Origin: an uncultured Gemmatimonadales bacterium
GTDB lineage: Bacteria > Gemmatimonadota > Gemmatimonadetes > Palauibacterales > Palauibacteraceae
DNA length: 64,000 nt
Assembly: GCA_963783385.1 (NCBI GenBank)
Contig: CAWANJ010000001.1
Coordinates: forward strand, 352,001 to 416,000
Reading direction: 5' to 3'
Position numbers and translations under genes: made by a program
Notes under the pieces: generated by a model
What the model was told of the DNA's origin: nothing
Databases searched by the model: none
Seen by the model: only the letters and a program-made list of their open reading frames with translations
Part shown: piece by piece, positions 19,486 to 30,335 of the stretch
How the letters are laid out: each line of letters starts with the position of its first letter
Numbering within the stretch: position 1 is the stretch's first letter

Positions 19486-19892
19486 GTTACCGGATCGTGA
19501 ACCCCGAGGCCCTCGGGGAGCCCCGCGGCTGGAGCAACGGGCTCCTGGCCCCGGCCGGGGGCCGGCTGCTGCTGGTGGCCGGCCAGACGGACCGCGACGC
19601 CGACGGGAGCATCCGGGGCGCGACCTTCGTGGAGCAGTTCCGGGGCGCCCTCTCCAACGTCCTGGCCGTGGTTCGCGAGGCAGGCGGCGCGGCCGGCCAC
19701 ATCGGGAGGCTCACCGTGTACGTCACGGACCTGGCCGCCTACCGGGCCTCGCGCCGGCCGCTGGGCCAGGCGTACCGGGACCTCATGGGCCGACACTACC
19801 CGGCCATGGCCGTGCTCGAGGTGGCCGGCCTGGTGGACGAGGGCGCCGTGGTCGAGATCGAAGCCACGGCCGTCCTGCCGCCCGACGCGTGA
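19482..19892 (+). CDS. RidA/YjgF family protein
   Basis: PRGWSNG, VAGQ, HYPAMA, VEIEATAV; GTGA overlap. Confidence 0.88.
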   Translation: MSYRIVNPEALGEPRGWSNGLLAPAGGRLLLVAGQTDRDADGSIRGATFVEQFRGALSNVLAVVREAGGAAGHIGRLTVYVTDLAAYRASRRPLGQAYRDLMGRHYPAMAVLEVAGLVDEGAVVEIEATAVLPPDA

Positions 19893-19928
19893 TCCGCGCT
19901 CGACCCGTGACCCGCACAGGAGACACGC

Positions 19929-20729
19929 ATGCCCATTGAGCTCACGTCGTTCCTCTACGAGCACGACGAGGCCACCTCGGTGGCCACCATCACCCTGAAC
20001 CGGCCCGAACGTCTCAACGCACTCACCTTCGAGGTCTACGAGGAGCTCCGGGACACCTTCCGCGCCCTGGACACCGAGCCGGGCGTGCGCGCCGTGCTCC
20101 TGACGGGCCGCGGACGCGGCTTCTGCTCCGGCGGCGATGTGGAGGACATCATCGGCCGCCTGTTCGAACGCGATTACCAGGGGCTCCTCGCCTTCACGCG
20201 GCTCACCTGCGACCTCATCGCCTCGATCCGGGCCTGCCGCCGCCCGGTGGTGGCGGCCCTCAACGGGACCGTGGCCGGGGCCGGGGCGGTGATCGCCTCG
20301 GCCTGCGACCTGAGGATCGCGTCGGAGACGGCGAAGATCGCCTTCCTGTTCGTGCGGGTCGGGCTCTCGGGGGCCGACATGGGCGCCTCCTGGCTCCTCC
20401 CGCGCATCGTCGGGATGGGCCGGGCGACCGAGCTCCTCATGACCGGCGACTTCATCGACGCGGCCGAGGCGCACCGGATCGGCCTCTACAACCGCGTCGT
20501 CCCGCCCGACGCCGTGGTGGCGGAGGCCCGGGCCCTCGCGGAGAAGCTGGCCCGCGGCCCGTCCTTCGCGCTCGAGGTCACCAAGGACGCTCTCAACCGG
20601 GAGGCCACCCTGGACCTGGACAGCGCCCTGGAGGCCGAGGCGAAGGTGCAGGCGGTGTGCATGCAGAACCCCAACTTCCGCGAGTCCTACGAGGCCTTCG
20701 TGGAGAAGCGCGACCCGGCCTTCGAATGA
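19929..20729 (+). CDS. Enoyl-CoA hydratase family protein (AbmC-like)
   Basis: LNRPERLNAL, FCSGGD, FVRVGLSGADMGASWLLPRIVG. Confidence 0.9.
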   Translation: MPIELTSFLYEHDEATSVATITLNRPERLNALTFEVYEELRDTFRALDTEPGVRAVLLTGRGRGFCSGGDVEDIIGRLFERDYQGLLAFTRLTCDLIASIRACRRPVVAALNGTVAGAGAVIASACDLRIASETAKIAFLFVRVGLSGADMGASWLLPRIVGMGRATELLMTGDFIDAAEAHRIGLYNRVVPPDAVVAEARALAEKLARGPSFALEVTKDALNREATLDLDSALEAEAKVQAVCMQNPNFRESYEAFVEKRDPAFE

Positions 20730-21955
20730 CGGACGCTTCGCGCGCCGGGCCGGACCGGAACGACCGGGGCTTCGGTCCGGACCCCGGGCCGGTGCGAGCC
20801 TTCCTGGACGAGCGCCACCTGGAGCTGGCGGGACGGGCCGCGGCGTTCGGCGCGGAGGTCGTCGCCGCGCGCCCCGAACCCGCCGATGACGCGGCGGCCC
20901 GGCACGAGGCGCGCGCCCTGGTCGACCTCCTGGGGGAGGAAGGGTGGCTCGGCCCGATCGCCGCCCAGGACTTCCGCGCGTGCTGCCTGGTGCGGGAGGC
21001 GCTGGCCGCATCCTCACCGCTGGCGGACGCCGTGTTCGCCCTCCAGGCGCTCGCCGCCACGCCGCTGGTGCTGGAGGGAGAGGGGGCGGCGCGCGAGCGG
21101 TGGCTGGGTCCGGCGGTCCGCGGCCGGGCCATGGGGGCGTTCGCCATGACCGAGCCGGAGGCGGGCTCGGACGTGGCCGCCCTGTCCACGCGCGCGGTCC
21201 GCGACGGCGACGCCTACGTGCTCGACGGCCGCAAGACGTTCATCTCCAACGCCGGCATCGCCGATTTCTACGTGACCTTCGCGGTGACCGACCCGGACGC
21301 CGGGCGGCGAGGCGTGTCGGCCTTCGCCGTCCCGGCGGACGCGCCGGGCCTCTTTTTCGTGGGACCCCAGGTCCTCTCCTCGCCCCACCCGCTGGGCGAG
21401 ATCGCGCTGGAGGGGTGCCGGGTGCCGGCCTCGGCCCGGATCGGGGAGGAGGGACGCGGATTCGGGCTCGGGATGGCCACGCTCGACCGCCTGCGCCCCA
21501 CGGTAGCGGCCGCCGCGTGCGGGATGGCCGCCCGGGCGCTGCAGGAAGCCCTGGGCCACGCCGTGACTCGCCGCCAGTTCGGGAAGCCGCTGGCCGACTT
21601 CCAGCTCGTGCAGGAGAAGCTGGCCCGTATGGCCACCGAGCTCACGGCGGCGCGGCTGCTCACCTACCGGGCCGCCTGGGAGCGGGACCGGGGCGCCGAG
21701 CGCACGTCGGTCGAGTCCGCCATGGCCAAGGCGCACGCCACGGAGGCCGCCCAGCGCATCGTGGACGAGGCGGTGCAGATCCTGGGCGGCCGGGGCGTTC
21801 TGGCCGCGCACCCCGTGGACCGCCTGTACCGGTCGGTGCGGGCCCTCCGGATCTACGAGGGGACGACCGAGATCCAGCGGCTCATCATCGCCGGGCACCT
21901 GATCGAGGCCGCGCGGGAGGCCGCGGCGCCGGGCGGCGCGGAGTCGTCGGCATGA
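20726..21955 (+). CDS. Acyl-CoA dehydrogenase (AbmD-like)
   Basis: [42 protein letters not shown]. Confidence 0.92.
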   Translation: MTDASRAGPDRNDRGFGPDPGPVRAFLDERHLELAGRAAAFGAEVVAARPEPADDAAARHEARALVDLLGEEGWLGPIAAQDFRACCLVREALAASSPLADAVFALQALAATPLVLEGEGAARERWLGPAVRGRAMGAFAMTEPEAGSDVAALSTRAVRDGDAYVLDGRKTFISNAGIADFYVTFAVTDPDAGRRGVSAFAVPADAPGLFFVGPQVLSSPHPLGEIALEGCRVPASARIGEEGRGFGLGMATLDRLRPTVAAAACGMAARALQEALGHAVTRRQFGKPLADFQLVQEKLARMATELTAARLLTYRAAWERDRGAERTSVESAMAKAHATEAAQRIVDEAVQILGGRGVLAAHPVDRLYRSVRALRIYEGTTEIQRLIIAGHLIEAAREAAAPGGAESSA

Positions 21956-24232
21956 GGATCGTGTGCGTGGGGGGCGGCCCCGCCGGCCTGTTCTTCTCGA
22001 TCCTCATGCGCCTGCGGGACGACGCGCACGAGGTCACGGTCCTGGAGCGGAACCCTCCCGGGGCGACCTACGGCTTCGGGGTCGTGTTCTCGGACGCCAC
22101 CCTGGAGGAGATCGCGGCCGGCGACCCCCCCAGCTACGCGGAGATCACGCGCCACTTCCACCACTGGGACGACATCGACATCCACTACCGGGGGGAGCTC
22201 CTGCGCTCCACCGGGCACGGGTTCAGCGGGCTGGCGCGCTCGACGCTGCTCGAGATCCTCTCGGCGCGGGCCCGGGAGCTCGGCGTGGACCTCCAGCACG
22301 GCGTCGACGTGACCGACCCCTCGCCCTGGGAGGACGCCGATCTCCTGGTGGCCGCCGACGGCGTGAACAGCACGGTGCGGGAGCTCCATCCCGAGCGCTA
22401 CGAGCCCCGGATCGACCTTCGCCCCAACCGGTTCGTGTGGCTCGGAACGACCCGTCCGTTCCCCGCCTTCACCTTCTACTTCCGGGAGGACGAGCACGGC
22501 CTGTGGCGCGTGCACGCCTACCAGTACGAGCCCGCGGAGGGCGGCGAGGCGCGCTCGACCTTCATCGTCGAGGCGCGCGAGGAGACCTGGGCAGCGACGG
22601 GGCTGCCCGAGGACGACGAGGAGGCGGCGGCCGCCTTCTGCGCCGACCTGTTCGAGGAGGAGCTGGAGGGACACCCGCTCGTCCTGAACCGCTCGATCTG
22701 GCGCCGCTTCCCGACGCTCCGCACCGGGCGGTGGTGGCACGGAAACACGGTGCTCATCGGGGACGCCGCCCACACCGCCCACTTCTCGGTGGGCTCGGGC
22801 ACCCGGATGGCGATGCTGGACGCCATCGCGCTGCGTGACGCGCTCGCGGCGCACGACGGAGAGCCTTGCCGGGCCCTGCCGGCCTACGAGGAGGCGCGGC
22901 GCCCGGAGGTCGAGAGCCTGCAGCGCGCCGCACGGGCCAGCCTGGAGTGGTTCGAGGGCACCGAGCGCTACATGGACGACGAGCCCGAGCAGTTCGCCTT
23001 CAGCCTCCTCACGCGCAGCCTCCGCATCACGCACCAGGACCTGCGCATCCGGGACCCGGTCTTCACCGCGGGGGTGGACCGGCGGTTCGCGGAGCGGGCG
23101 GCCGGGCAGGCGGAGGTGGCGGTGCCGACCGACCCGCCCCCTCCCCCGATGTTCACCCCCTTCCGCCTGCGCGGGCTGCTGCTCCAGAACCGCGTGGTGG
23201 TCTCCGCCATGTGCCAGTACTCGGCGGCGGACGGGACGCCGGACGACTGGCACCTCGTCCACCTGGGGAGCCGGGCCGTGGGGGGTGCGGGGCTCGTGAT
23301 GAGCGAGATGACCAACGTGAGCGCCCGGGGGCGGATCTCGCCGGGGTGCACGGGCATGTACCTCCCCGAGCACGTTCCGGCCTGGAAGCGGATCGTCGAC
23401 TTCGTGCACGACCAGAGCCGGGCCAAGATCGGCCTCCAGCTCGGACACGCGGGCCGCAAGGGCTCCACGAGGCTCTCCTGGGAGGGGGACGTGGAACCGC
23501 TCGAGGAGGGCGGCTGGGACGTCCTGGCACCGTCCGCGCTTCCCTGGAAGCCCGAGAACCCCGTCCCACGGCCCATGGATCGCCAGGACATGGACCGGGT
23601 GCGGGAGGAGTACGTGCGGGCCGCCGAGAATGGCCATGGAGGCGGGCTTCGACCTCCTCGAGATCCACTTCGCCCACGGTTACCTGCTGGCCAGCTTCAT
23701 CTCCCCACTCACCAACACGCGCGAGGACGAGTACGGCGGGCCGCTGGAGAACCGGATGCGCTACCCGCTGGAGGTGCTGCGCGCCGTGCGGGCCGTGTGG
23801 CCCGAGGACCGGCCCATTTCCGTGCGGATCTCGGCGGTCGATTGGGCGCCGGGAGGCATGACGGCCGACGACGCGGTGGAGGTGGCCCGCAGGGTCGCCG
23901 GGGCGGGCGGCGATATCGTGGACGTGTCGGCCGGACAGACGGTCCCGTGGCAGCAGCCGCGCTACGGGCGACAGTTCCAGACACCCTTCGCCGACCGGAT
24001 CCGGCACGAGGTGGGGATCCCGACCATGGCGGTCGGGAACATCTCCTCGTTCATGGACGTGAACACGATCCTCGCGGCGGGCCGAGCGGACCTGTGCTGC
24101 CTGGCGCGGGCCCACCTGTGGGAGCCGTACTGGACGCGCCACGCCGCGTACGCCCTCGGGTACGACCTGCCGTGGCCGAAGCCATACTCGACGCTGGACG
24201 ACTATACCCCCCGCTTCGAATGGGGCTACTAG
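21952..24232 (+). CDS. abmA: Anthraniloyl-CoA monooxygenase/reductase (bifunctional FAD monooxygenase + OYE-like FMN domain); +1 frameshift near 23629
   Basis: [30 protein letters not shown], then [22 protein letters not shown]; continues in another frame with [15 protein letters not shown]...DEYGG. Confidence 0.88.
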
Positions 24233-25092
24233 ACGTGGACCGAACCGAGCCTGCCGACAGCACCCGGGCGAGCTCCGGGAGCGACGAGACGCCGCCCGCG
24301 CCGGCCGACGAATCGCGCTACCTCACCTACGCCGGCTATCTCCACCTGGACGAGCTGCTCTCCCTGCAGCGACGCCGGGCTGGAGAGCACGACGAGATGC
24401 TGTTCATCATCATCCACCAGGTGTACGAGCTCTGGTTCAAGGAGCTGCTGCACGAGCTGGACTACGTGGAGCAGCTCCTGGGCCGGGACGACCTGCCGAC
24501 GGCGCTGCACACCATGAAGCGCATCCTCACGGTCCTTAAGGTCATGGTCGCGCAGATCGACATCCTGGAGACGATGACGCCCCGGGAGTTCCTCACCTTC
24601 CGGAACCGCCTCGAGGCGGCGAGCGGTCTAGAGTCCTTCCAGTTCCGGGAGCTCGAGTTCGCCCTCGGCATCAAGCGCCCCGGCATCCTGGAGCGCTACC
24701 CGGAGGGCAGCGAGCCGCGCTCTCGCCTCCAGCAGCGCCTGGAGCGACCCACCCTGTGGGATGCCTTCCTCGAACACGTGAACCGCTCCGGGTTCCCCGT
24801 TCCGAGATCCGCGCTGGAACGGGAGGTGAGCCGGCCGGTCGAGGCCTCGCCCCAGGTGCAGGACGTCCTGGTTCGCGTGTACGCCGAGTCCCCGGCGCTC
24901 GCCCAGCTGTGCGAACGGCTGGTGGATCTGGACGAGGGACTCCAGGAGTGGCGGTACCGACACGTGAAGATGGTCGAGCGCACGATCGGCGCGAAGCGGG
25001 GCACGGGAGGCACGGAGGGCGCCGGCTACCTGCGGACGACGCTGTCCCGACCCGTGTTCCCCGACCTGTGGGAGATCCGGACCCGCCTGTGA
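24220..25092 (+). CDS. kynA: Tryptophan 2,3-dioxygenase
   Basis: [52 protein letters not shown]; start 24220 or 24235. Confidence 0.93.
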   Translation: MGLLDVDRTEPADSTRASSGSDETPPAPADESRYLTYAGYLHLDELLSLQRRRAGEHDEMLFIIIHQVYELWFKELLHELDYVEQLLGRDDLPTALHTMKRILTVLKVMVAQIDILETMTPREFLTFRNRLEAASGLESFQFRELEFALGIKRPGILERYPEGSEPRSRLQQRLERPTLWDAFLEHVNRSGFPVPRSALEREVSRPVEASPQVQDVLVRVYAESPALAQLCERLVDLDEGLQEWRYRHVKMVERTIGAKRGTGGTEGAGYLRTTLSRPVFPDLWEIRTRL

Positions 25093-25109
25093 GACAGGCA
25101 CCGGCCCCG

Positions 25110-26310
25110 GTGAAGCCGGAGGATCTGTACGCCGATCCCAACGGCCTGGCGCCCGACTACGGCCGCTTCCGCGTCGCCGACCGGCTCCTGCTCACAGGCC
25201 ACTCCCACCAGGCCTGGCCGGACCGGGGCTTCGAGGGGCAGGAGCGGGCCTGGCTGGACGCGGCCGAGTACGTGGACGGGAAGTGGGACCGCGCCTTCGG
25301 GCGTGCCCGACGCGTGCGCGAGGGCTTCGCTGGCTTGCTCGGAGGCGCGGAGAGCGGCGAGATCGCCCTCGGGGCCAGCACCCACGACCTCGTGGTCCGC
25401 TTCCTCTCGGCTCTTCCCCTGGCGGAACGGCCCCGCCTGGTGACGACGGACGGCGAGTTCCACACCCTGCGGCGCCAGCTATGCCGCCTCGAGGAGGAAG
25501 GGATCGAGGTCGTGCGGGTCGCGTCCCACCCCGCGGTCTCGGCGGGCGCGCGGGTCGCCGAGGCGGTGGACGACCGGACCGCCGCCGCCTTCGTGTCGGC
25601 CGTGTTCTTCGAGACGGCCCATATCGTCGGGGGCCTTCGGGAGGCGGCACGGGCATGCCGGGAGCACGGGGCGCTCCTCCTGGTGGACGCCTACCACGCC
25701 CTCGACGCCGTGCCCTTCTCGCTGGCGGGGATCGAAGACGCCTACGTGGTGGGAGGGGGCTACAAGTACTGCCAGCTGGGCGAAGGGAACTGCTTCCTGC
25801 GTCTCCCGCCCGACTGCCGGCTCCGCCCCGTGGTCACGGGCTGGTTCGCGGAGTTCGAGGCGCTGATCGAGCCCGGCGCGAGGCACCGCGTCGCCTACCC
25901 GGACGGGCCGGGTCGCTTCGCGGGCAGCACCTACGACCCGACCAGCCACTACCGTGCCGCCGAGGTGTTCGACTTCTTCGCGGAGCGCGGCCTCACGCCG
26001 ACCTGCTGCGGGAGGTGAGCCGCCACCAGGTCGAGCCTCCTGGCCCGGGGCTTCGACGCCCTGGACCTGGATCCGGCGCTGGCGGACAGGGACCGCGACG
26101 TGCCCCTGGAGCGGGTCGGGCGGCTTCCTGGCGCTCGCGAGTCCCCGGGCCGCCGAGCTCCAGCGGCTCCTGAGCGAGCGGGGCGTGAGGACGGACCACC
26201 GGAGGGGCCGCCTCCGGCTCGGGCCGGCTCCCTACCTCTCGGACCGCCAGCTCCGTGATGCGCTGGCGGCGCTGGGAGAGTCCGTCCTCGCACTGGAGGC
26301 CGCCGGCTGA
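25110..26310 (+). CDS. kynU: Kynureninase (aminotransferase class V fold), with indels near 26000, 26034 and 26118
   Basis: LTGHSHQAWP, VDAYH, GGGYKY (PLP Lys), TGWFA, RTDHR...LRLGPAPY; directly follows kynA. Confidence 0.8.
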
Positions 26311-26388
26311 CGCCCCGCGCAGGCGAGCCCGGCCGCCGGGCGACCCCGCCCGTCCGGAGCCGCCTCGCTCAGGCGGGAGCCTCCCGAC

Positions 26389-26970
26389 TCAGTCCGGCGA
26401 CCCGGACGGCTCCCGCAGGCGCTCCAGGAAGTGGCGGCGCAGCCTGGCCACCTTGGGCGCGATCACCACCCGGCAGTAGGCCTGCTCCGGGTTCCGGCGG
26501 AAGTACTCGCGGTGGTACGCCTCCGCCGGATAGAAGACCTCCAGCGGGACGATCTCCGTCACGATCGGATCGTCGAAGGCGCCCTCCGCCTCGAGACCCG
26601 CCACGACCTCCTCCGCCGCCCGCCTCTGGTCCTCGGAACCGTACAGGACGATGGAGCGATACTGCGTGCCGACGTCGGCCCCCTGCCGGTTCGGGGTGGT
26701 GGGATCGTGCACGGTGAAGAACACGGTCAGCAGGTCGCGGAAGGAGAGGACCTCGGGATCGAAGGCGAGGCGGACGACCTCGGCGTGCCCGGTCCCGCCG
26801 CCGCATACGGCCCGGTAGGTGGGGTCGGCGACGTGCCCCCCGGCGTAGCCCGGCTCCACGGACCGGATCCCGCGTAGCCGCTCGTACACGGCCTCCAGGC
26901 ACCAGAAACAGCCTCCGCCCAGCGTGGCCGTCTCTACCCGGGGGCCGGCCGTCCCCTCGTCCTCTCGCAT
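26389..26970 (-). CDS. msrA: Peptide-methionine (S)-S-oxide reductase
   Basis: GGCFWCLE, GHAEVV, HDPTTPNRQGADVGTQYRS, FYPAEAYH. Confidence 0.96.
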   Translation of the reverse strand: MREDEGTAGPRVETATLGGGCFWCLEAVYERLRGIRSVEPGYAGGHVADPTYRAVCGGGTGHAEVVRLAFDPEVLSFRDLLTVFFTVHDPTTPNRQGADVGTQYRSIVLYGSEDQRRAAEEVVAGLEAEGAFDDPIVTEIVPLEVFYPAEAYHREYFRRNPEQAYCRVVIAPKVARLRRHFLERLREPSGSPD

Positions 26971-27112
26971 CGACGCCTCCTCTCTGGCTCCTCTGGTCCC
27001 GTCCGGATACCCTGTCCCCTTCGACAGCGCTCGATCCGCCCACCCCGTTCCGGGAGGTTCGCCCCTGTCCGGCACGAATCCCGAGCCGATCGGTCCGGAG
27101 CCCTTCCGCTCC

Positions 27113-28378
27113 GTGCTGCCGGATGCCCTCGCCACGCGGGTCACCCGGGGGCTCGAGACCTTCCTGCGCACCGAAGCCTCGGGGGGCGTCGTCCTTCTGG
27201 CGGCGACCGTGATCGCGCTCCTTTGGGCCAACAGCCCCCTCGCCGGCCTCTACCATCACGTCCGGGAGACGCACCTGGGGTTCCACGTCGGCGGCGACAC
27301 CTTCACCCTCTCCGTCGAAGGGTGGATCAACGACGGCCTCATGGCGGTGTTCTTCTTCGTGGTCGGCCTCGAGATCAAGCGCGAGATCCTCGTGGGCGAG
27401 CTCTCCTCCCTCCGCCGTGCGACGTTGCCGGTGGCGGCCGCCTTCGGGGGGGCCGTCCTGCCCGCCCTCCTGTACCTGGCCCTGAACCACGGAGGTCCGC
27501 ACGCGGCCGGCTGGGGCGTGCCGATCGCCACCGACATCGCCTTCGCCGTCGGCATCCTCACGCTCCTGCGGTCCCGCACGCCGGAGTGGCTCAAGTCCTT
27601 CCTGGTGGCGCTCGCTATCGCGGACGACCTGATCGCCGTGGCCGTCATCGCCCTTTTCTACACGTCGGGGATCTCGGTGGGCCCCCTCCTGGCGGCTGCC
27701 GGCATCCTGGCGGCGATGGTGGCCCTGAACCTCGCCGGCGCACAGCGGTCGGCCTGGTTCGTGGTCCCGGCCGTGGCCATGTGGGCCGCCGTGCTCGCGT
27801 CGGGAGTGCACGCCACGGTGGCGGGGGTAGCGGCGGCGGCCGTGATCCCGGCCCGTCCCCCGTCGTCCCGCTCCGGTACGAGAGGTCCCCAGGACCCGGA
27901 GTCGGAGGAGAGTCCGCTGACCCGGCTCGAGCACCGCGTCCTGCCGTGGACCACCTACCTCGTGCTGCCGCTGTTCGCGCTGGTCAACGCCGGCGTGGCC
28001 ATCCCCGCCTCGGCCCTGGCCCGCACCCTGACGAGCCCCCTCACCCTGGGGGTGGCGGCGGGTCTGGTGCTCGGAAAGCCCGTCGGCATCGTGGCGGCGG
28101 CGTGGTTGGCCCGGGCCGCAGGGCTCGCCCGTCTGCCGGAGGGGGCCCGGTGGAGCGAGCTCGCCGGGGCCGCGTGCCTGGGAGGGGTCGGCTTCACCAT
28201 GTCGATCTTCATCGCCTCGCTGGCGTTCGCGGAGGGCGATACCCTGGACCTGGCGCGGATGGGTATCCTGCTCGGGTCGCTCATCTCCGCCGTGCTCGGC
28301 TTCGGGATCCTGCGGCTCACGACCGCGGGCCGGCGGGACACCCCGGTCGGCGAAGCGGACGAATCCCGGGCCCTCTGA
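27113..28378 (+). CDS. nhaA: Na+/H+ antiporter NhaA
   Basis: WINDGLMAVFFFVVGLEIKRE, ATDIAF, AIADD, GVGFTMSIFI; start approximate. Confidence 0.95.
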   Translation: MLPDALATRVTRGLETFLRTEASGGVVLLAATVIALLWANSPLAGLYHHVRETHLGFHVGGDTFTLSVEGWINDGLMAVFFFVVGLEIKREILVGELSSLRRATLPVAAAFGGAVLPALLYLALNHGGPHAAGWGVPIATDIAFAVGILTLLRSRTPEWLKSFLVALAIADDLIAVAVIALFYTSGISVGPLLAAAGILAAMVALNLAGAQRSAWFVVPAVAMWAAVLASGVHATVAGVAAAAVIPARPPSSRSGTRGPQDPESEESPLTRLEHRVLPWTTYLVLPLFALVNAGVAIPASALARTLTSPLTLGVAAGLVLGKPVGIVAAAWLARAAGLARLPEGARWSELAGAACLGGVGFTMSIFIASLAFAEGDTLDLARMGILLGSLISAVLGFGILRLTTAGRRDTPVGEADESRAL

Positions 28379-28498
28379 GGCCGCCCTCGCCCACCCACCC
28401 GATCCCCTCGCGGGCTGACTTCTTGCACTTCATGGGAGCGGATGCGAGGTACGGCCGCCGGGACCGGCGGCTTCCTCCTCGCGAGGAAGGAGACTCTC

Positions 28499-28897
28499 AT
28501 GAAGATGGTGCAGGGCTTACCGATCGTGCTGCTGGCGGCGACCCTCGGGCTGACCGCCTGCGCCACGGGACGCAACGTTCAGGTCGAGTCGAGCTCCACC
28601 CCGACCGCCGGGCGGGGCGTGCAGGTCAACGTGCAGAACGACAACACGAACGATGTCGACGTCTACGTGATGGGAGGCGGACAGGTGTGGCGCCTCGGAC
28701 ACGTCACGGGACTGAGCAGCGCGACCGTCACGATCCCGGCGGGGATCGTGGCCTCATCTCCCCAGCTCCGGCTGCTGGCCGACCCCCTCGCCGCGTTCAA
28801 CGCGTACCTGTCCGATCCGATCACCGTGACCACGGGGGACGTGGTACAGTTCCAGATCGGCGCGTCGCTGGGAGTGTCCAGCGTGTCGGTCTTCTAG
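28499..28897 (+). CDS. Small hypothetical lipoprotein
   Basis: AAGGAG SD, LTAC lipobox, beta-rich domain. Confidence 0.7.
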   Translation: MKMVQGLPIVLLAATLGLTACATGRNVQVESSSTPTAGRGVQVNVQNDNTNDVDVYVMGGGQVWRLGHVTGLSSATVTIPAGIVASSPQLRLLADPLAAFNAYLSDPITVTTGDVVQFQIGASLGVSSVSVF

Positions 28898-28952
28898 CGC
28901 CACGGCGGGTCGGCCGGCGCGGGCGCGCGTCCCGTGAGGCGGGCGGGGCCCT

Positions 28953-30335
28953 TCAGGCCCGCGCCCGGCGGGCCGCCCGCGCCTGGTCGGCCAGCAGGCG
29001 CTGGCTGGTCTCGACCGGATAGGGCGGATCGGCCGGCGCCAGCGACCGGAGCCGGTCCGGCAGCAGGGCGATCTCGCGATCGGCCCGCTCCGCGGCCTCC
29101 TCCAGCGCTCCGCGCCCGGCCTCCAGACGAAGGCCATCCTCCATCACGGGCACGAGAAGCGGCCGCCCGGCGTCCTCCTCGTCGGCGCGGGTGAGACGGT
29201 CCCGCACGGCCCGCCCTCCCCTTTCGACGCGGCGCACCTGCTTGGGCCCGGGGAGGAGCTCCTTCCCCGGCGAGAGCTTGATGCGCCCTGCGCCCCCGTA
29301 GGACACGAGCTTGTAAGCAATGTCGAGCGCGGGTGCGTCGCGCGAGACGCCCATGCCCGTGCCGACACCGAAGCCGTCGATCGGCGCGTCCGCCTCCACG
29401 AGCTGCTCGATCCGGTCCTCGTCCAGGCCGCCCGATGCGAAGATCTTCACGTGAGCGAGACCGGCTGCGTCCAGGATCGAACGGCTCTTCCGTGATAGCG
29501 CGGCGAGGTCGCCCGAGTCCAGGCGGATCGCGCCGACCCGGAACCCCTCGCCCGACTCCGAGGACAACCGCGCCACCTTGTGCACGCCCTCGAGCGTGTC
29601 GTAGGTGTCGACCAGCAGGGTCGTGCCCGGATACAGCGAGGCGAAGGCGCGGAAAGCCTCCTCCTCGCTGTCGTGGGCCTGGATGTAGGAGTGGCCCATC
29701 GTGCCGCTGACCGGCATCCCGTAGGCCTTCCCGGCGGCCAGGTTGCTCGTGGCCCGGACCCCGGCCACATAGAACGCGCGGGCCGACTTCAGGCCCGCAT
29801 CCGTGCCGTGCATCCTCCGCAGCCCGAAGTCCACGACCGGGCGCCCCTCGGCGGCGGCCACCACGCGGACGGCCTTGGAAGCAAGCAACGTCTGGAGGTG
29901 GACCTGGTTCATGACATACGTCTCGACCAGCTGCGCCACCGGGAGGGCCGCGCGGATCTCCAGGAGGGGCTCTCCTGCGAACACGGGGGTCCCCTCGGGC
30001 ACGGCGCGCACGGAACCCTCGAAGCGCAGCCCGGACAGCCACTCCAGGAAGTCGTCGGTGAACTCGGGAAGCGTGGAGAGATAGTCGAGCGCCGGTCCCT
30101 CGAAGCGCAGCCCCTCCAGGTAGCTCAGGACCTCCTCGAGGCCGCAAGCCAGAAGGAAGTTCCGGGTGGGCGGAAGGTCCCGCACGAACAGGCTGAACAC
30201 GGCCTCGTCCACCAGGCCCTCACGCCGGTAGGCGCGGGCCATGGTGAGCTCGTACTGGTCCGTGATCAGGGCGGGGTCGGGCGGCCCGGAGCCCGACGTC
30301 CGCCCCGGCGGCCGGGCCGGTCGGTCCTCGCTCAG
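28953..30335 (-). CDS. pncB: Nicotinate phosphoribosyltransferase (probable CTG start)
   Basis: LITDQYELTM, DFGLRR, GTMGHS (phospho-His), LVDTYD, IRLDSGD, ASGGLDE, YKLV. Confidence 0.92.
   Translation of the reverse strand: MSEDRPARPPGRTSGSGPPDPALITDQYELTMARAYRREGLVDEAVFSLFVRDLPPTRNFLLACGLEEVLSYLEGLRFEGPALDYLSTLPEFTDDFLEWLSGLRFEGSVRAVPEGTPVFAGEPLLEIRAALPVAQLVETYVMNQVHLQTLLASKAVRVVAAAEGRPVVDFGLRRMHGTDAGLKSARAFYVAGVRATSNLAAGKAYGMPVSGTMGHSYIQAHDSEEEAFRAFASLYPGTTLLVDTYDTLEGVHKVARLSSESGEGFRVGAIRLDSGDLAALSRKSRSILDAAGLAHVKIFASGGLDEDRIEQLVEADAPIDGFGVGTGMGVSRDAPALDIAYKLVSYGGAGRIKLSPGKELLPGPKQVRRVERGGRAVRDRLTRADEEDAGRPLLVPVMEDGLRLEAGRGALEEAAERADREIALLPDRLRSLAPADPPYPVETSQRLLADQARAARRARA

Noticed and set aside
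20944-25092. Apparent 1382-aa AbmA-TDO fusion ORF
   Set aside because: Produced by the +1 indel near 23629; the AbmA C-terminus continues in another frame to 24232 and kynA is a separate gene
24220-30335. De novo NAD synthesis through kynurenine (kynA/kynU near pncB)
   Set aside because: No kynurenine 3-monooxygenase, 3-hydroxyanthranilate dioxygenase or nadC in the window; pncB is a salvage enzyme in a separate, oppositely oriented unit
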